A stretch of DNA of 64,000 nt from Vulcanimicrobiota bacterium (GTDB lineage Bacteria; Vulcanimicrobiota; Xenobia; Xenobiales; JADMJV01): contig JAEXNA010000217.1 in NCBI GenBank assembly GCA_023447635.1, positions 1,656 to 65,655 on the forward strand, written 5' to 3'. The notes under the pieces were generated by a model, which ran no database searches, had not been told where the DNA came from, and saw only the letters and a program-made list of their open reading frames with translations. Of this stretch, positions 17,944-26,845 are shown piece after piece (position 1 is the first letter of the stretch; the number at the start of each line of letters is the position of its first letter). The position numbers and the translations under genes were made by a program.

Positions 17944-19560
17944 CTAGCTCTGACCTTGCTGTGCCTTCCAGGCGTCGCGGCGTTCTCGCACCCGGGTGTG
18001 CCAGTGCTCGGACTCTTCGTCGGTCATCCCGCCGTTGATGCTGGAGAAGTCAACGTTGTTGGGGACCTTGTCGTGCAAATAGGCAAACACGGGATAGGTA
18101 GCGGAAACCGAGGTCAAGCCCGAGCAGGTGGTTAGCGCTGACAGGTCCCCGACGACGGTTTCGCGAGCGCCGTAGAGCCTTAGCCTGGGGTGATTCTCCA
18201 GTCCCTTGAGGTCTTTGAGGTGCCCGTCCGAGAGGTTGAGCACTTCGAGATTGGGCAGGTGGCTCAGGAAGCTCGTGTCTTCGTCTTTGGGGTCGCTGAT
18301 CTTGAGCTTCTTGAGGCTCTTGCAGTTGCCGATCGCGTCGAGGCGGACGTTCGGCGCGGGCTGCACGTCGATCTCTTCGAGGTGGAGGAGACTGCCGAGA
18401 GCTTCCAAAGCCTGTTCGCTCGCTTTTTGCAGATACAGCTTTTTCAGTTTGGGCAGGCCGGCCAGAGGGGTCAGGTCGACCGCGCCGGGCGGTAAGTTCA
18501 GCTCCTCCAACTCTTTGACGTTGGCCAGCGGAGAGAGGTCCGTGACCGGCGTTCCCATCAGCGACAGTTCGCGTAAATGGGGGAACTGAGGTAGCGTGGT
18601 CAGATCGCTGACCAGCGTGCCGTCGAGCAGCAGCGTCTGCAGATGGGGGATGTTGTAGACCCCGGCCAGGCTCTCGATGGGGTTCCGTACCGCGTGGATC
18701 AGCTTCAGGTTGCTCAGTCCGGACAGGGGGGAGAGGTCTTTGACCTCGTTGCCGGCGATGTAGATGGCCAGCGCCTGATGGCACCACGCCACCGGTTCGA
18801 GGTCGGTCAAGTCTTTACGGATCAGGTAGAGGAGCCGGTTCGAGAGAAACCGCTCGGGGTCGCCGATCACCTTGGGCCAGGGGTCGAGGAACGACGCCTT
18901 CCATTTTTGCAGGTCGCCTTCGGGACGGGGTGGAGTGGGAGCGGGGTGGTAGACCGGCAGCGGCATCAACTCGCGGGCGCCAAAGAGGGACTCGCCGTCG
19001 CGCCAGGTCATCGCTCGGTCGGGGCTGTCGACCTGCACGCGGTCCGAGGCGATCTCTTCGGCCAGAAAGCGGAACAGGTCGTCCGCGTCGCGGGCGATCA
19101 CGGCTTTCAGCTCTTCGTCACGGCCAAAGTTGATGAACTGTCCGGGCTGCCCTTTGGGCCCGGGCGCCAGGTCAATCCCCAGGTGGTTCCCGCCCCAGTC
19201 CTGGGAGAGCGGGACCCAGCCCGTGTTGACATACTTTTCTTTGATGGCCAGCGGAGGGATAGAGAAGTGGGTGCCTTCGTCGCCATAGTCGGCCTCTAGA
19301 GTCTTCCAGTTCTTCCACTCGGCCACCACCTGAGAGAGCGGCATCCAGGGAAAGCCCAGGAACAACCCCAGGTGCTCCTTCTCGCCGTCGTGACGGGCAT
19401 AAAGGGCGCGCCATTCTTCGGGTAGCTTCAGATCCATCTGCGCTTCAGCGTCAGCGATCGCTTGAGGCGAGGCGCCCGGGTTGAGCCAATCATCAGCGGC
19501 CCCCTTGCGGCGCAGATGGTCTTTGATATTTTCCAAATGCTCGAGAACAGTCATACCCAA
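17944..19560 (-). CDS. SUKH-1 (SMI1/KNR4) domain protein fused to leucine-rich repeats
   Basis: The N-terminal 170 aa match the SMI1/KNR4 pattern (DAEAQMDLKLPEEWRALYARHDG ... WVPLSQDWGGNHLGIDLAPGPKGQPGQFINFGRDE). The C-terminal half carries repeated LxxLxxLxxLxL units (LSPLSGLSNLKLI, LSPLANVKELEELNL, LTPLAGLPKLKKLYL). Confidence 0.7.
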   Translation of the reverse strand: MGMTVLEHLENIKDHLRRKGAADDWLNPGASPQAIADAEAQMDLKLPEEWRALYARHDGEKEHLGLFLGFPWMPLSQVVAEWKNWKTLEADYGDEGTHFSIPPLAIKEKYVNTGWVPLSQDWGGNHLGIDLAPGPKGQPGQFINFGRDEELKAVIARDADDLFRFLAEEIASDRVQVDSPDRAMTWRDGESLFGARELMPLPVYHPAPTPPRPEGDLQKWKASFLDPWPKVIGDPERFLSNRLLYLIRKDLTDLEPVAWCHQALAIYIAGNEVKDLSPLSGLSNLKLIHAVRNPIESLAGVYNIPHLQTLLLDGTLVSDLTTLPQFPHLRELSLMGTPVTDLSPLANVKELEELNLPPGAVDLTPLAGLPKLKKLYLQKASEQALEALGSLLHLEEIDVQPAPNVRLDAIGNCKSLKKLKISDPKDEDTSFLSHLPNLEVLNLSDGHLKDLKGLENHPRLRLYGARETVVGDLSALTTCSGLTSVSATYPVFAYLHDKVPNNVDFSSINGGMTDEESEHWHTRVRERRDAWKAQQGQS

Positions 19561-19744
19561 CCCTTACCCACCCCATTTCTGCCGCATTCCCAAACCTCGA
19601 AGTGCTGGAATCGCTACTGGAAGTCCACCCCACGCTTGGCCCAGCCGGCCACGGAGGCGAAAGGCGTTTTGCTACTTTTCCCCATAAAGGGGACAATGTC
19701 CGTCTCTGAAAAGTAGACCCCCCGATGCTTGCATCGGGCAAGCC

Positions 19745-19830
19745 CCCGGCATCGCAGATGCCTCCAAAACGCCCGGGCATCGCAGATGCCTCCAAACGCC
19801 CGGCATCGCAGATGCCTCGAAAGCGCCGCC
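19745..19830. repeat. Three tandem 26-27-bp units, each a short hairpin (GGCATC-GCA-GATGCC), in the intergenic region upstream of the SUKH-LRR gene
   Basis: gcccgggcatcgcagatgcctccaaaac occurs three times. A separate palindrome cccgatgcttgcatcggg precedes the array at 19721-19739. Confidence 0.7.
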
Positions 19831-19919
19831 GGCCTGCTTAACGCCGATCCATTTCAGCAACCGTTAAGGCCCGTCCCATATATTACTCTCAAGAACCGAA
19901 GAGAAAGGCCCCACCGCCC

Positions 19920-20390
19920 GTGTCCATCCAAACCATCGCTCCCAATCAGGCCCGCGGAATGAAAGTGTTCGTTTACCGCAACCTGCATCAGAACTGCTGG
20001 AGCGTGAAGTCGAAGGAGACGGGCCGCGTGATTGCTCACGCCGACGAAGTTCAGCTTTCCGGCGTCGAGTACAAGGTCAGCCAGGCCGGCCGCGACCGCG
20101 TGCTGCGCGAGAAGAGCAAGAACGTTCACGCTGGCCTGGTGGGCACCCTGGTCGACTACGACCCGCTGGGCGGTCACGTGCCGACTTATCCCGGCGCCTC
20201 GTTCAGCAGCGACCCGTGGGCCAAGCCCGGCCCCGCTGACCCCGTCAACGTGACCTATAACCCTTACAAGTACAGCCAGTTCGTGGTCAAGCACAGCGAA
20301 GAGCCGATCGCCAAATCGGATACGGCCATCCTGCGCGCCGACCGCCAGGTGATGGCGACCAACCCCACCTTGCTCGCTCAGATTGACTAG
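19920..20390 (+). CDS. Hypothetical protein (156 aa), no recognisable domain
   Basis: High GC3 is consistent with the native coding bias. It is divergent from the SUKH-LRR gene. The motif VFVYRNLHQNCWSVKSKETGRV does not match any family I can name. Confidence 0.45.
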   Translation: MSIQTIAPNQARGMKVFVYRNLHQNCWSVKSKETGRVIAHADEVQLSGVEYKVSQAGRDRVLREKSKNVHAGLVGTLVDYDPLGGHVPTYPGASFSSDPWAKPGPADPVNVTYNPYKYSQFVVKHSEEPIAKSDTAILRADRQVMATNPTLLAQID

Positions 20391-21319
20391 GTTTTCAAAG
20401 CCATCCAGGGTTGGCTGAAATAGCGGTCCCAGGAATCGGCCAGCAGCGCCACCACCGGCCCACGAGCCCTTCCGCTGCGCGCGTACGCCAGCGCGGCCGC
20501 GACCGCCGTGCCGGACGAGCCTCCAACCAGCAGCCCTTCGCGACGTTGCAGGGTCAGAGCCGTCTCGTAGCTCTCCTCGTCGCTCACACTATAGGCCAGG
20601 TCCACCACCGACCGGTCGAAGATGTCGGTAGCTCGACCCGAGCCGATCCCCTCGACCGTGTAGTCGGACGAAGCGCCGTACTCTCCGGTAGAGATCCAGC
20701 CCGCCAGGGCGCTGCCGACCGGGTCAGCCAGCACGACCTCTACCTCGGAGGAGCGGGATTTCAGATAGCGTCCCACTCCACTCAAGGTTCCTCCGGTTCC
20801 GGCCCCGGCGACGAAGGCGCCGACCTCTCCCCCCAGCGCTTCCCAAATCTCTGGCCCGGTGGTCTCGAAGTGCGCCGCCACGTTGGCCGGCGAACGGAAT
20901 TGATCGGCCAGCAGCCAGCCCCGCTCAGCGGCCAGGCGGTCCGCCGTCTGGCGAAAGTTGGAAGGGTCGTCGAGCGGAGCGTCCGGCACCACCATCACTT
21001 CGGCCCCCATCGCCTCGAGAGCGCGTCGCTTGTCGGCCGACATCTTGCGCGGCATCACGCAGACTAGACGATAGCCTCGCGACGCCGCCACCAGCGCCAG
21101 TCCCACGCCCGTATTACCCGCTGTCGCCTCGACGATGGTGTCGCCTGGCGATAAGCGCCCCTCCCGCTCGGCCGCCTCGATCAGAGAGCGGGCCAGGCGA
21201 TCTTTGACGCTACCGCCAGGGTTCAGATGCTCGCATTTTCCGTAGAGCGGCACCTCGGTATTGAAGCAGGTGATGAGGACCAGCGGGGTCCGTCCGATCG
21301 CCTCTAACAGGGTTCCCAA
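20387..21319 (-). CDS. cysK: Cysteine synthase / O-acetylserine sulfhydrylase-like PLP enzyme (CysK/CysM/CBS fold-type II)
   Basis: The PLP-lysine motif is GGSVKDR; the fold also shows TAGNTGVGLA and a glycine-rich PLP phosphate loop GAGTGGT. The 310-aa length fits CysK/CysM. The symbol is ambiguous within this family. Confidence 0.75.
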   Translation of the reverse strand: MGTLLEAIGRTPLVLITCFNTEVPLYGKCEHLNPGGSVKDRLARSLIEAAEREGRLSPGDTIVEATAGNTGVGLALVAASRGYRLVCVMPRKMSADKRRALEAMGAEVMVVPDAPLDDPSNFRQTADRLAAERGWLLADQFRSPANVAAHFETTGPEIWEALGGEVGAFVAGAGTGGTLSGVGRYLKSRSSEVEVVLADPVGSALAGWISTGEYGASSDYTVEGIGSGRATDIFDRSVVDLAYSVSDEESYETALTLQRREGLLVGGSSGTAVAAALAYARSGRARGPVVALLADSWDRYFSQPWMALKT

Positions 21320-21321
21320 AG

Positions 21322-22071
21322 CTAACCCCTCCGACGCCAGCGGCTAGCCTGGGCCACCGACCACTGGAATTTGCGGGCGTGCTCCCGGATCATAAACGGC
21401 ATATCACGCACCTCTTCCAGTAAGAAGTCCGCCTCCAAAGCCGTTTTCAGACTTTCCAGGCTGCGCACGGCCACGCCGTCGCGCAAAAATCCACCCAGCC
21501 AGCGTTCGCGCGGGGTGTACTCTTCCATCCAGGTGTAAGGTGACGTGATGACCAGTTCTCCACCCGGCCGCACCAGCAGCGAAAACCGCTCTAGCACAGC
21601 CTGAGGGTCCGGCACCCGGCAGAGCAGATTGGCGGCCAGCACCACGTCGAAAGAGCCCAGGTCCGAGCGCAGCGCCGTGGCGTCGCCCACCTCGAAACTC
21701 ACCCTCTCGGGACGGAATCGAGAGTCCCAAACCGCTGTGGCCTCGAGTCGAAGCTCGCCTTCGTCGGGGTAGGAGAACACCGCCGTTTGCTCGCGCGCCA
21801 TACGCTGCGCCTCGCGGATAAAGCTGCTGGAAAAGTCGATCCCCACGACCTCGTCGTGGTCTACCGACAGTTCGAAGCAGGCCCGCCCCACCGAGCAGCC
21901 CAGTTCCAGAGCGCGCCCACCAGAGGAGGTGACCGCCTCGCTCACACAGCGGGCCGGAAACTGCAGCGCCTCACGAGGCCCGAAGGCCCAGGGAAGCACC
22001 GTGTCCGGCCCGCCGTAGTGAAGAAGGAGATACTCCTCTAGCAGCTTCTCCGTTTCATACGGGTTGGCCAT
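21322..22071 (-). CDS. Class I SAM-dependent methyltransferase
   Basis: Motif I is ALELGCSVGRACFELS; motif II DVVLAANLL follows an acidic residue. The N-terminus is EYLLLHYG. It lies in the same operon as the cysteine synthase and the PLP enzyme. Confidence 0.65.
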   Translation of the reverse strand: MANPYETEKLLEEYLLLHYGGPDTVLPWAFGPREALQFPARCVSEAVTSSGGRALELGCSVGRACFELSVDHDEVVGIDFSSSFIREAQRMAREQTAVFSYPDEGELRLEATAVWDSRFRPERVSFEVGDATALRSDLGSFDVVLAANLLCRVPDPQAVLERFSLLVRPGGELVITSPYTWMEEYTPRERWLGGFLRDGVAVRSLESLKTALEADFLLEEVRDMPFMIREHARKFQWSVAQASRWRRRG

Positions 22072-23194
22072 AGGCCAGCGCTTTCAGGTAGTCTCCCGCC
22101 TGGTACGAGTGGAACAGGATGTGGGTTTCGCCGTTGCGGTACAGACGCACGGTCGGAGCGTCGATCTCCGGCGTCTTCTCGGGCGAGAACAGGATGTCGT
22201 CGTGGGTGGCGTTGTTCTTCGACTTGAACTTGTCGGTGGTCACATCGCCGCCCAGATGGTCGTTGCGGCCGGTAGCCACGTGGAAGGTTCCGAAGATCTT
22301 CTCGTCCTGGATGTCGTGACCCGAAATCGGAAGTTCCTGGGTACCGAATCCCAGTTCGCCCAGGAATCCGGTGGCTTCGTCGGTCTTGAGTTTGTGAGCG
22401 TAGGCTTCGACCACGGCGCGGTCGCCGCTGACGAACTCGGCGTCGACCACGCGGCCGCCCTTGACCTCGAGCAGCGCGATGCTGTTGTCCTCGAGTTTGA
22501 AGGGGAAGTAGCCTTCGCCGCCCACGGGCACGAAGTACACCTCACCGGCGGGCAGGTTGGCGATGTCAGGGCCGACCCGGCAAAGACCGTGGCTCTTCTG
22601 AGCTTCCTGACCTTCGAGTTCCAGACGCAGGCTGTAGTCCTTGCCGTTGATGCGGAAGTCGATTTCGACGGCTTCTGCTCCGGACATCCCCTGACGCAGG
22701 CGCTCGGCGCGCTCGGATACCTGCTCGTAATCCACCGCAAGGCCCGAGTTCAAGATGATAGGGTTCAGACCGTGCATGGTGGCGCCGCGGAAGCCGACCT
22801 GCTTGGCGGTGGCGGTCAGCGGAGCGGTGGCCGAGTTGGTCGAGATACAGAGCAGGATGTCGTATTTGGGATAGATATCGCGCTCGAACGACACCTGCTC
22901 GCCCGTAGCGGTCCAGGCCTCGTCGTCGAGGTCGAGGTTGCTGCCGGCGGTCATTTTGTAGCAGAAGATGTCGCCGCCAACCAGGCCGAGTTTGTCCAGG
23001 ACGCCGTTTTTGAGTCCCAGGTAGAAATGTTCGTGAGCCATCTTCTGGATGCTGTGGCCGTCCTGATTCAGGAAGGCGAAGTCTTTGATCCCGGTGGGCT
23101 CCTCGAGGTCGATCAGGATGGCGATGCGCTCGCCCGCTTTGGGATGGAAGACGGTGTTCAGCAAACGTTCGAGGTCAAAAGGAGGAAAATTCAC
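22055..23194 (-). CDS. M29-like (aminopeptidase T / AmpS-type) metallopeptidase homolog
   Basis: Motifs NLPAGEVYFVPVGGEGYFPFK, GFLGELGFGTQ, DEKIFGTFHVATGRND and ATHDDILFS resemble thermophilic aminopeptidase M29 signatures. The start is set at an internal GTG (VNFPPF) to avoid a 46-nt overlap; the ORF as listed extends to 23344. Confidence 0.4.
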   Translation of the reverse strand: MNFPPFDLERLLNTVFHPKAGERIAILIDLEEPTGIKDFAFLNQDGHSIQKMAHEHFYLGLKNGVLDKLGLVGGDIFCYKMTAGSNLDLDDEAWTATGEQVSFERDIYPKYDILLCISTNSATAPLTATAKQVGFRGATMHGLNPIILNSGLAVDYEQVSERAERLRQGMSGAEAVEIDFRINGKDYSLRLELEGQEAQKSHGLCRVGPDIANLPAGEVYFVPVGGEGYFPFKLEDNSIALLEVKGGRVVDAEFVSGDRAVVEAYAHKLKTDEATGFLGELGFGTQELPISGHDIQDEKIFGTFHVATGRNDHLGGDVTTDKFKSKNNATHDDILFSPEKTPEIDAPTVRLYRNGETHILFHSYQAGDYLKALAYGQPV

Positions 23195-23297
23195 AGTAGC
23201 ACCTATGCTTTCTCTCGGGGGTGGGGCCCCGGATGGGTTAGTGAACCCGGGGTGACGCCGCGAGTCCACGCTAGTAGATGCCCAGGTTACTCCACGC

Positions 23298-24467
23298 TTA
23301 ACCAGGGAACCTTCGCAAGGTCTCCACAAAGCGGACGATTTCATCCTCGGTGTTGTAATAGTGAGGGGACACCCGGACGACCGAGCTCAACCCTTTGGCT
23401 TCCATGTCCAGACGGGCCGAATTGACGGTGCTATTCCAGATATTGATCCCCTGCTCGCGCATCCAGCCCACCAGATCGGCCGGCGCGACGTCAGGCAAGG
23501 TGAAGGTCACGATCGCTCCGACCTCGCGCCCCCTGTCGTGCACGGAAGCGCCAAGTTCGCTCAACTTCGCCCGCGCGAAGCCGGCCAGGCCGCGCGCTCG
23601 CTGCCAGGTCGCCTCCACTCCCGCCACCATGGCGTACTCGGCAGCGGCGGCTATCCCCAGTCGTCCGGCCACGAAAGTCTCGTAAGTCTCGAAGCGTCGC
23701 GCGTCGCTGCGCAGGGTGTAGCGCCCTGCCTCGGTCCAGGTGGCAGCGTGCAGATCCAAAAAGGGCGGCTCCACCGCCTCGATCAGCGCCTCGCGCACAT
23801 AGAGGAACCCCACGCCTCGAGGCCCGCGCAGAAACTTGCGCGAAGTCGCCGAGAGCACGTCACAGCCGATCTCGGCCACGTCGAGCGGGAGTTGGCCGAC
23901 CGACTGGCAGGCGTCCAGGATGTACCATGCGGGATGGTCGCGCAGCAGCTTTCCGATAGCGGCAGCCGGTTGGACCAGACCGCTGTTGGTGGGCACGTGG
24001 TTGATCGCTACGACCTTGACCCGTTCGTCGAGCAGCGAGGCCAGATTCTCCAGGCAGAGCGTGCCGTGCTCATCATCCTCGACCACCACGAGCTCTGCCC
24101 CTGTGTCGCGAGCTCGTTGCAGAAACGCGATGTAGTTGCTGGCGTACTCGGAGCGGCAGGTGAGGATGCGGTCGCCAGCCTGCAACGGAATCGCGTAGAA
24201 CACCATGTCCCAGGCTCGGGTGGCGTTCTGGGTGATGGCGATCTCGGACGGTTTGGCACCGATCAGGCGGGCCAGGCTGCCGTAGACCGCCTCTAGCGCT
24301 TCGGCGCTGGCGATCTCGGCCTCGTAGCCGCCCAACTCGGACTCGAGTTTCAGGTAGTCCGTGACGGCCGTGAGGACGGGCAGGGGAGAGAGGGAGGAGC
24401 CGGCGTTGTTCAGGTGGATCCGCCCGGTGCAGCCCGGGGTGTCCTGTCGGAAAGCTTCAATATTCAC
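23298..24467 (-). CDS. Aminotransferase class V family PLP enzyme (cysteine desulfurase / C-S lyase-like)
   Basis: The pattern HLNNAGSSLSP ... DACQSVGQLPLDV ... SATSRKFLRGPRGVGFLYV (PLP-lysine region) matches class-V fold-type I enzymes such as SufS/CsdA/EgtE. Confidence 0.75.
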   Translation of the reverse strand: MNIEAFRQDTPGCTGRIHLNNAGSSLSPLPVLTAVTDYLKLESELGGYEAEIASAEALEAVYGSLARLIGAKPSEIAITQNATRAWDMVFYAIPLQAGDRILTCRSEYASNYIAFLQRARDTGAELVVVEDDEHGTLCLENLASLLDERVKVVAINHVPTNSGLVQPAAAIGKLLRDHPAWYILDACQSVGQLPLDVAEIGCDVLSATSRKFLRGPRGVGFLYVREALIEAVEPPFLDLHAATWTEAGRYTLRSDARRFETYETFVAGRLGIAAAAEYAMVAGVEATWQRARGLAGFARAKLSELGASVHDRGREVGAIVTFTLPDVAPADLVGWMREQGINIWNSTVNSARLDMEAKGLSSVVRVSPHYYNTEDEIVRFVETLRRFPG

Positions 24468-24532
24468 AGTGGGTGCGGGTTCTCATGCGGCGAGCGAGGA
24501 ACCTTCGTCGGCCGGGTCTAACTAAGGGGGAG

Positions 24533-26140
24533 ATGGCCAACGCGAATGGGGACAACGGCGAGGGGCGCTCCGGCTCGCATGCGCCATGGAGCGGCAGCAG
24601 CACGCCCCCCGAGGTCTACGGCGCCTTCGCCCGCCCCGGTTTCGACAGCGGCCTGCTCGACGGACTGGAATCCGAGCGCACTATCGAAGATTCCACCCTA
24701 CCGCGCTCTCTGAAGTCGAACCGTCCTAGCGATCTGGAAGAGTCGGGCGACTACGATGTCAACGCTCTGGCTCCGCTGCGTCACCTGTTAGAACAGGACT
24801 GGACCGACCCTAACGTCCGCAGCCGTCTGAAGTCGAAGGAGAGCAGGGACGACGACGCTCCGCTGCTGTCTCCCACCGCCTCGACGGCGGGGGTGGCTCC
24901 GCCGCGCCGTACCTGGGACTACGATTTTGGAGAGAACCCCGCCGATGTCGAGACGGTGGTCGTTCCCGTGGTCACGGCAGAGACCGAGGCGCCTTCGACC
25001 CCAGCCGCGCCGGTTCCCGAGGCCCCGCCGGTGGCTGCCCCGAGCATCTCGGCGCCTCCACCTCCGCCTCCGCCTCCGTCTGCTCCACCGTCCCCTCCCA
25101 TCCCCGAGGTTCCGGCCGTCCAGGTCCCTCCCGACCCCGCCCCGTCCGAGCCGGCGCCGATCAGAAAACGGTCCCGAGCTTTGCCCTGGCTGCTGGCTGC
25201 CGGAGTGGTCGCCGTGGCGGTAGCCTTCGCGGTCCCGCCGTCGGCCTTCGCTCCGCCTCCCCTGGCCGAAGCTCCGATAAAATTCATGCTTGTTTCGCAG
25301 CCCGAAGCCGAGGTTTTCCAGGGCGAGACCTCTCTGGGGACCACTCCGCTTCTGCTCGAGCCGTCGCAAGTAGGAGAAGGGCTGACCCTGCGCAAGGCCG
25401 GCTTCCAGAATGAGAACTTCCAACTCGACATGGCGCCGTCGCAGAACCGGATTGAGAAGTACAAAGTCGTGCTCGACGTAGCTGCCGTGCCGCTCGAGTG
25501 GAGCGGTTTGCCGGAAGGTAGCGGACTAGCCTGGCAGGGGAAACCGGCTGCAGTGAAAGACCTGGCCACCGCGATGCCTGGAACTTATAGTTTGAAGGTC
25601 AGTCCGCCCAAGCGCCCCGCCGTGACGCTGTCGCTGGCCATCCCCGCTCCGGGCGACCCTTCGGTGTCGGGCCCGTATAAAGTCGGGGAGCAGGTCGCTG
25701 AAGCGCTATCCAAGCAGCCGGCTTTGAGCATGACTTTGAAGAGCGGCAAAGGGAAGGCCCCTAAACAGCCGCTGACGGTCACGGTCGAGCAGACGGCCGG
25801 AGGGAAGTTCCAGACCACGACGCCGCTGCAGGCGAAGTCTCCTTCGGACCTGGTCTTGCCCGGGCCGGGAACCTACCGGGTGAAAGTGGCGGCCACGAAG
25901 ACCCACAAGGCGTTACAGCAGACCGTCACGGTCAAAGAGTCCGATCGCAAGGTTTTGGAACTGGCCTTGACTCCGATTCCGCCCAAGGTCGCCAAAGCGG
26001 CTCCTCGGCCTTCCACCGGGGGAGGTGGAGGGGGCGGCTATGTGCCTCCGCCGGTCTACTACCCGCCTCCCGTCTACAGCGGGGGAGGGGGAGGAGGCGG
26101 CGGTGGTGGAGGCGCAAGCATCGCTCCGCCGTCTTTTTAG
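24533..26140 (+). CDS. Proline-rich membrane protein with a PEGA-like domain and a Gly-rich C-terminus
   Basis: A strong SD (aagggggag) precedes the ATG at 24533. The protein has a PPPPPPPSAPPSPP tract, a TM segment ALPWLLAAGVVAVAVAFAV, a PEGA-like segment LVSQPEAEVFQGETSLGTTPLLLEP, and a C-terminal GGGGGGGYVPPPVYYPPPVYSGGGGGGGGGGG. Confidence 0.55.
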   Translation: MANANGDNGEGRSGSHAPWSGSSTPPEVYGAFARPGFDSGLLDGLESERTIEDSTLPRSLKSNRPSDLEESGDYDVNALAPLRHLLEQDWTDPNVRSRLKSKESRDDDAPLLSPTASTAGVAPPRRTWDYDFGENPADVETVVVPVVTAETEAPSTPAAPVPEAPPVAAPSISAPPPPPPPPSAPPSPPIPEVPAVQVPPDPAPSEPAPIRKRSRALPWLLAAGVVAVAVAFAVPPSAFAPPPLAEAPIKFMLVSQPEAEVFQGETSLGTTPLLLEPSQVGEGLTLRKAGFQNENFQLDMAPSQNRIEKYKVVLDVAAVPLEWSGLPEGSGLAWQGKPAAVKDLATAMPGTYSLKVSPPKRPAVTLSLAIPAPGDPSVSGPYKVGEQVAEALSKQPALSMTLKSGKGKAPKQPLTVTVEQTAGGKFQTTTPLQAKSPSDLVLPGPGTYRVKVAATKTHKALQQTVTVKESDRKVLELALTPIPPKVAKAAPRPSTGGGGGGGYVPPPVYYPPPVYSGGGGGGGGGGGASIAPPSF

Positions 26141-26412
26141 GGCTCTGTCAGGCCTAAATGATGGGATAATGATGGACCGAAGCGGTAACGCCTTCGGCTT
26201 GGAGGCGCGATTCTGAGGAGGTTGTTTTGAAGGCGCACCTCGGTCCCGCTTGCAAGCGAAGCGTTACCGCCCCGGTCGGGATACCGAGTTGTACGTAACT
26301 GAAAAACAACAATGTCAGGATCGATGGTGTCCGGTAGGAACGCCTACGGCTTTCGCCGTCAGGATCCCGTGATTTAGGTTTGACGGAGCACTAAGACGCG
26401 TTCTGGAGATTC

Positions 26413-26845
26413 ATGCACGATTGGCAAGCGGTTCTTGACGAGCTTTATCTGAAGTACAAAGACCTGGACGAGGGGAAGGTCGCCAACTACATCCCCGAAC
26501 TGGCCAAGGTCGATCCTTCCCTCTTTGGGAAGGCCGTGGTCACCGTCGACGGCGAGTGCTACACCGCTGGCGATTGGGAGGCGCCTGTACGACTTCGCCG
26601 GCGAATGGACTTATCGGGTCGGCTTGCCGGCCAAGAGCGGCGTCGGAGGCGGGATGGTAGCGGTTAGCCCGGGGCGGGCCGGCATCGGGGTGTTCAGTCC
26701 GCTGCTCGACGAGCGCGGCACGCCCGCCCGCGCGATCAAGGTGTGCGAGGAACTATCGCGGCGTTTCGGGCTGCACGTTTTTGCCCCGGGTCAGCCGCTG
26801 CGGGCGACCCTGCACGAGACGGCCGAGATCGAACTGAAGGGGTAA
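26413..26845 (+). pseudogene. glsA: Glutaminase (GlsA family) pseudogene: N-terminal 55 aa and C-terminal 95 aa retained in different frames, with about 200 central codons deleted
   Basis: The N-terminal fragment [35 protein letters not shown] and the +1-frame C-terminal fragment [42 protein letters not shown] both align to glutaminase. The catalytic Ser-Lys region is missing. The junction lies near 26580-26595. Confidence 0.7.

Noticed and set aside
17536-18135. Short ORFs translating the tandem repeat (GWLHWKWASTPTFRDA-type peptides)
   Set aside because: Periodic peptides generated by the DNA repeat, present in several frames at once. They are not coding.
22064-23425. 453-aa plus-strand ORF
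   Set aside because: Antisense to the M29-like and class-V PLP genes on the minus strand.
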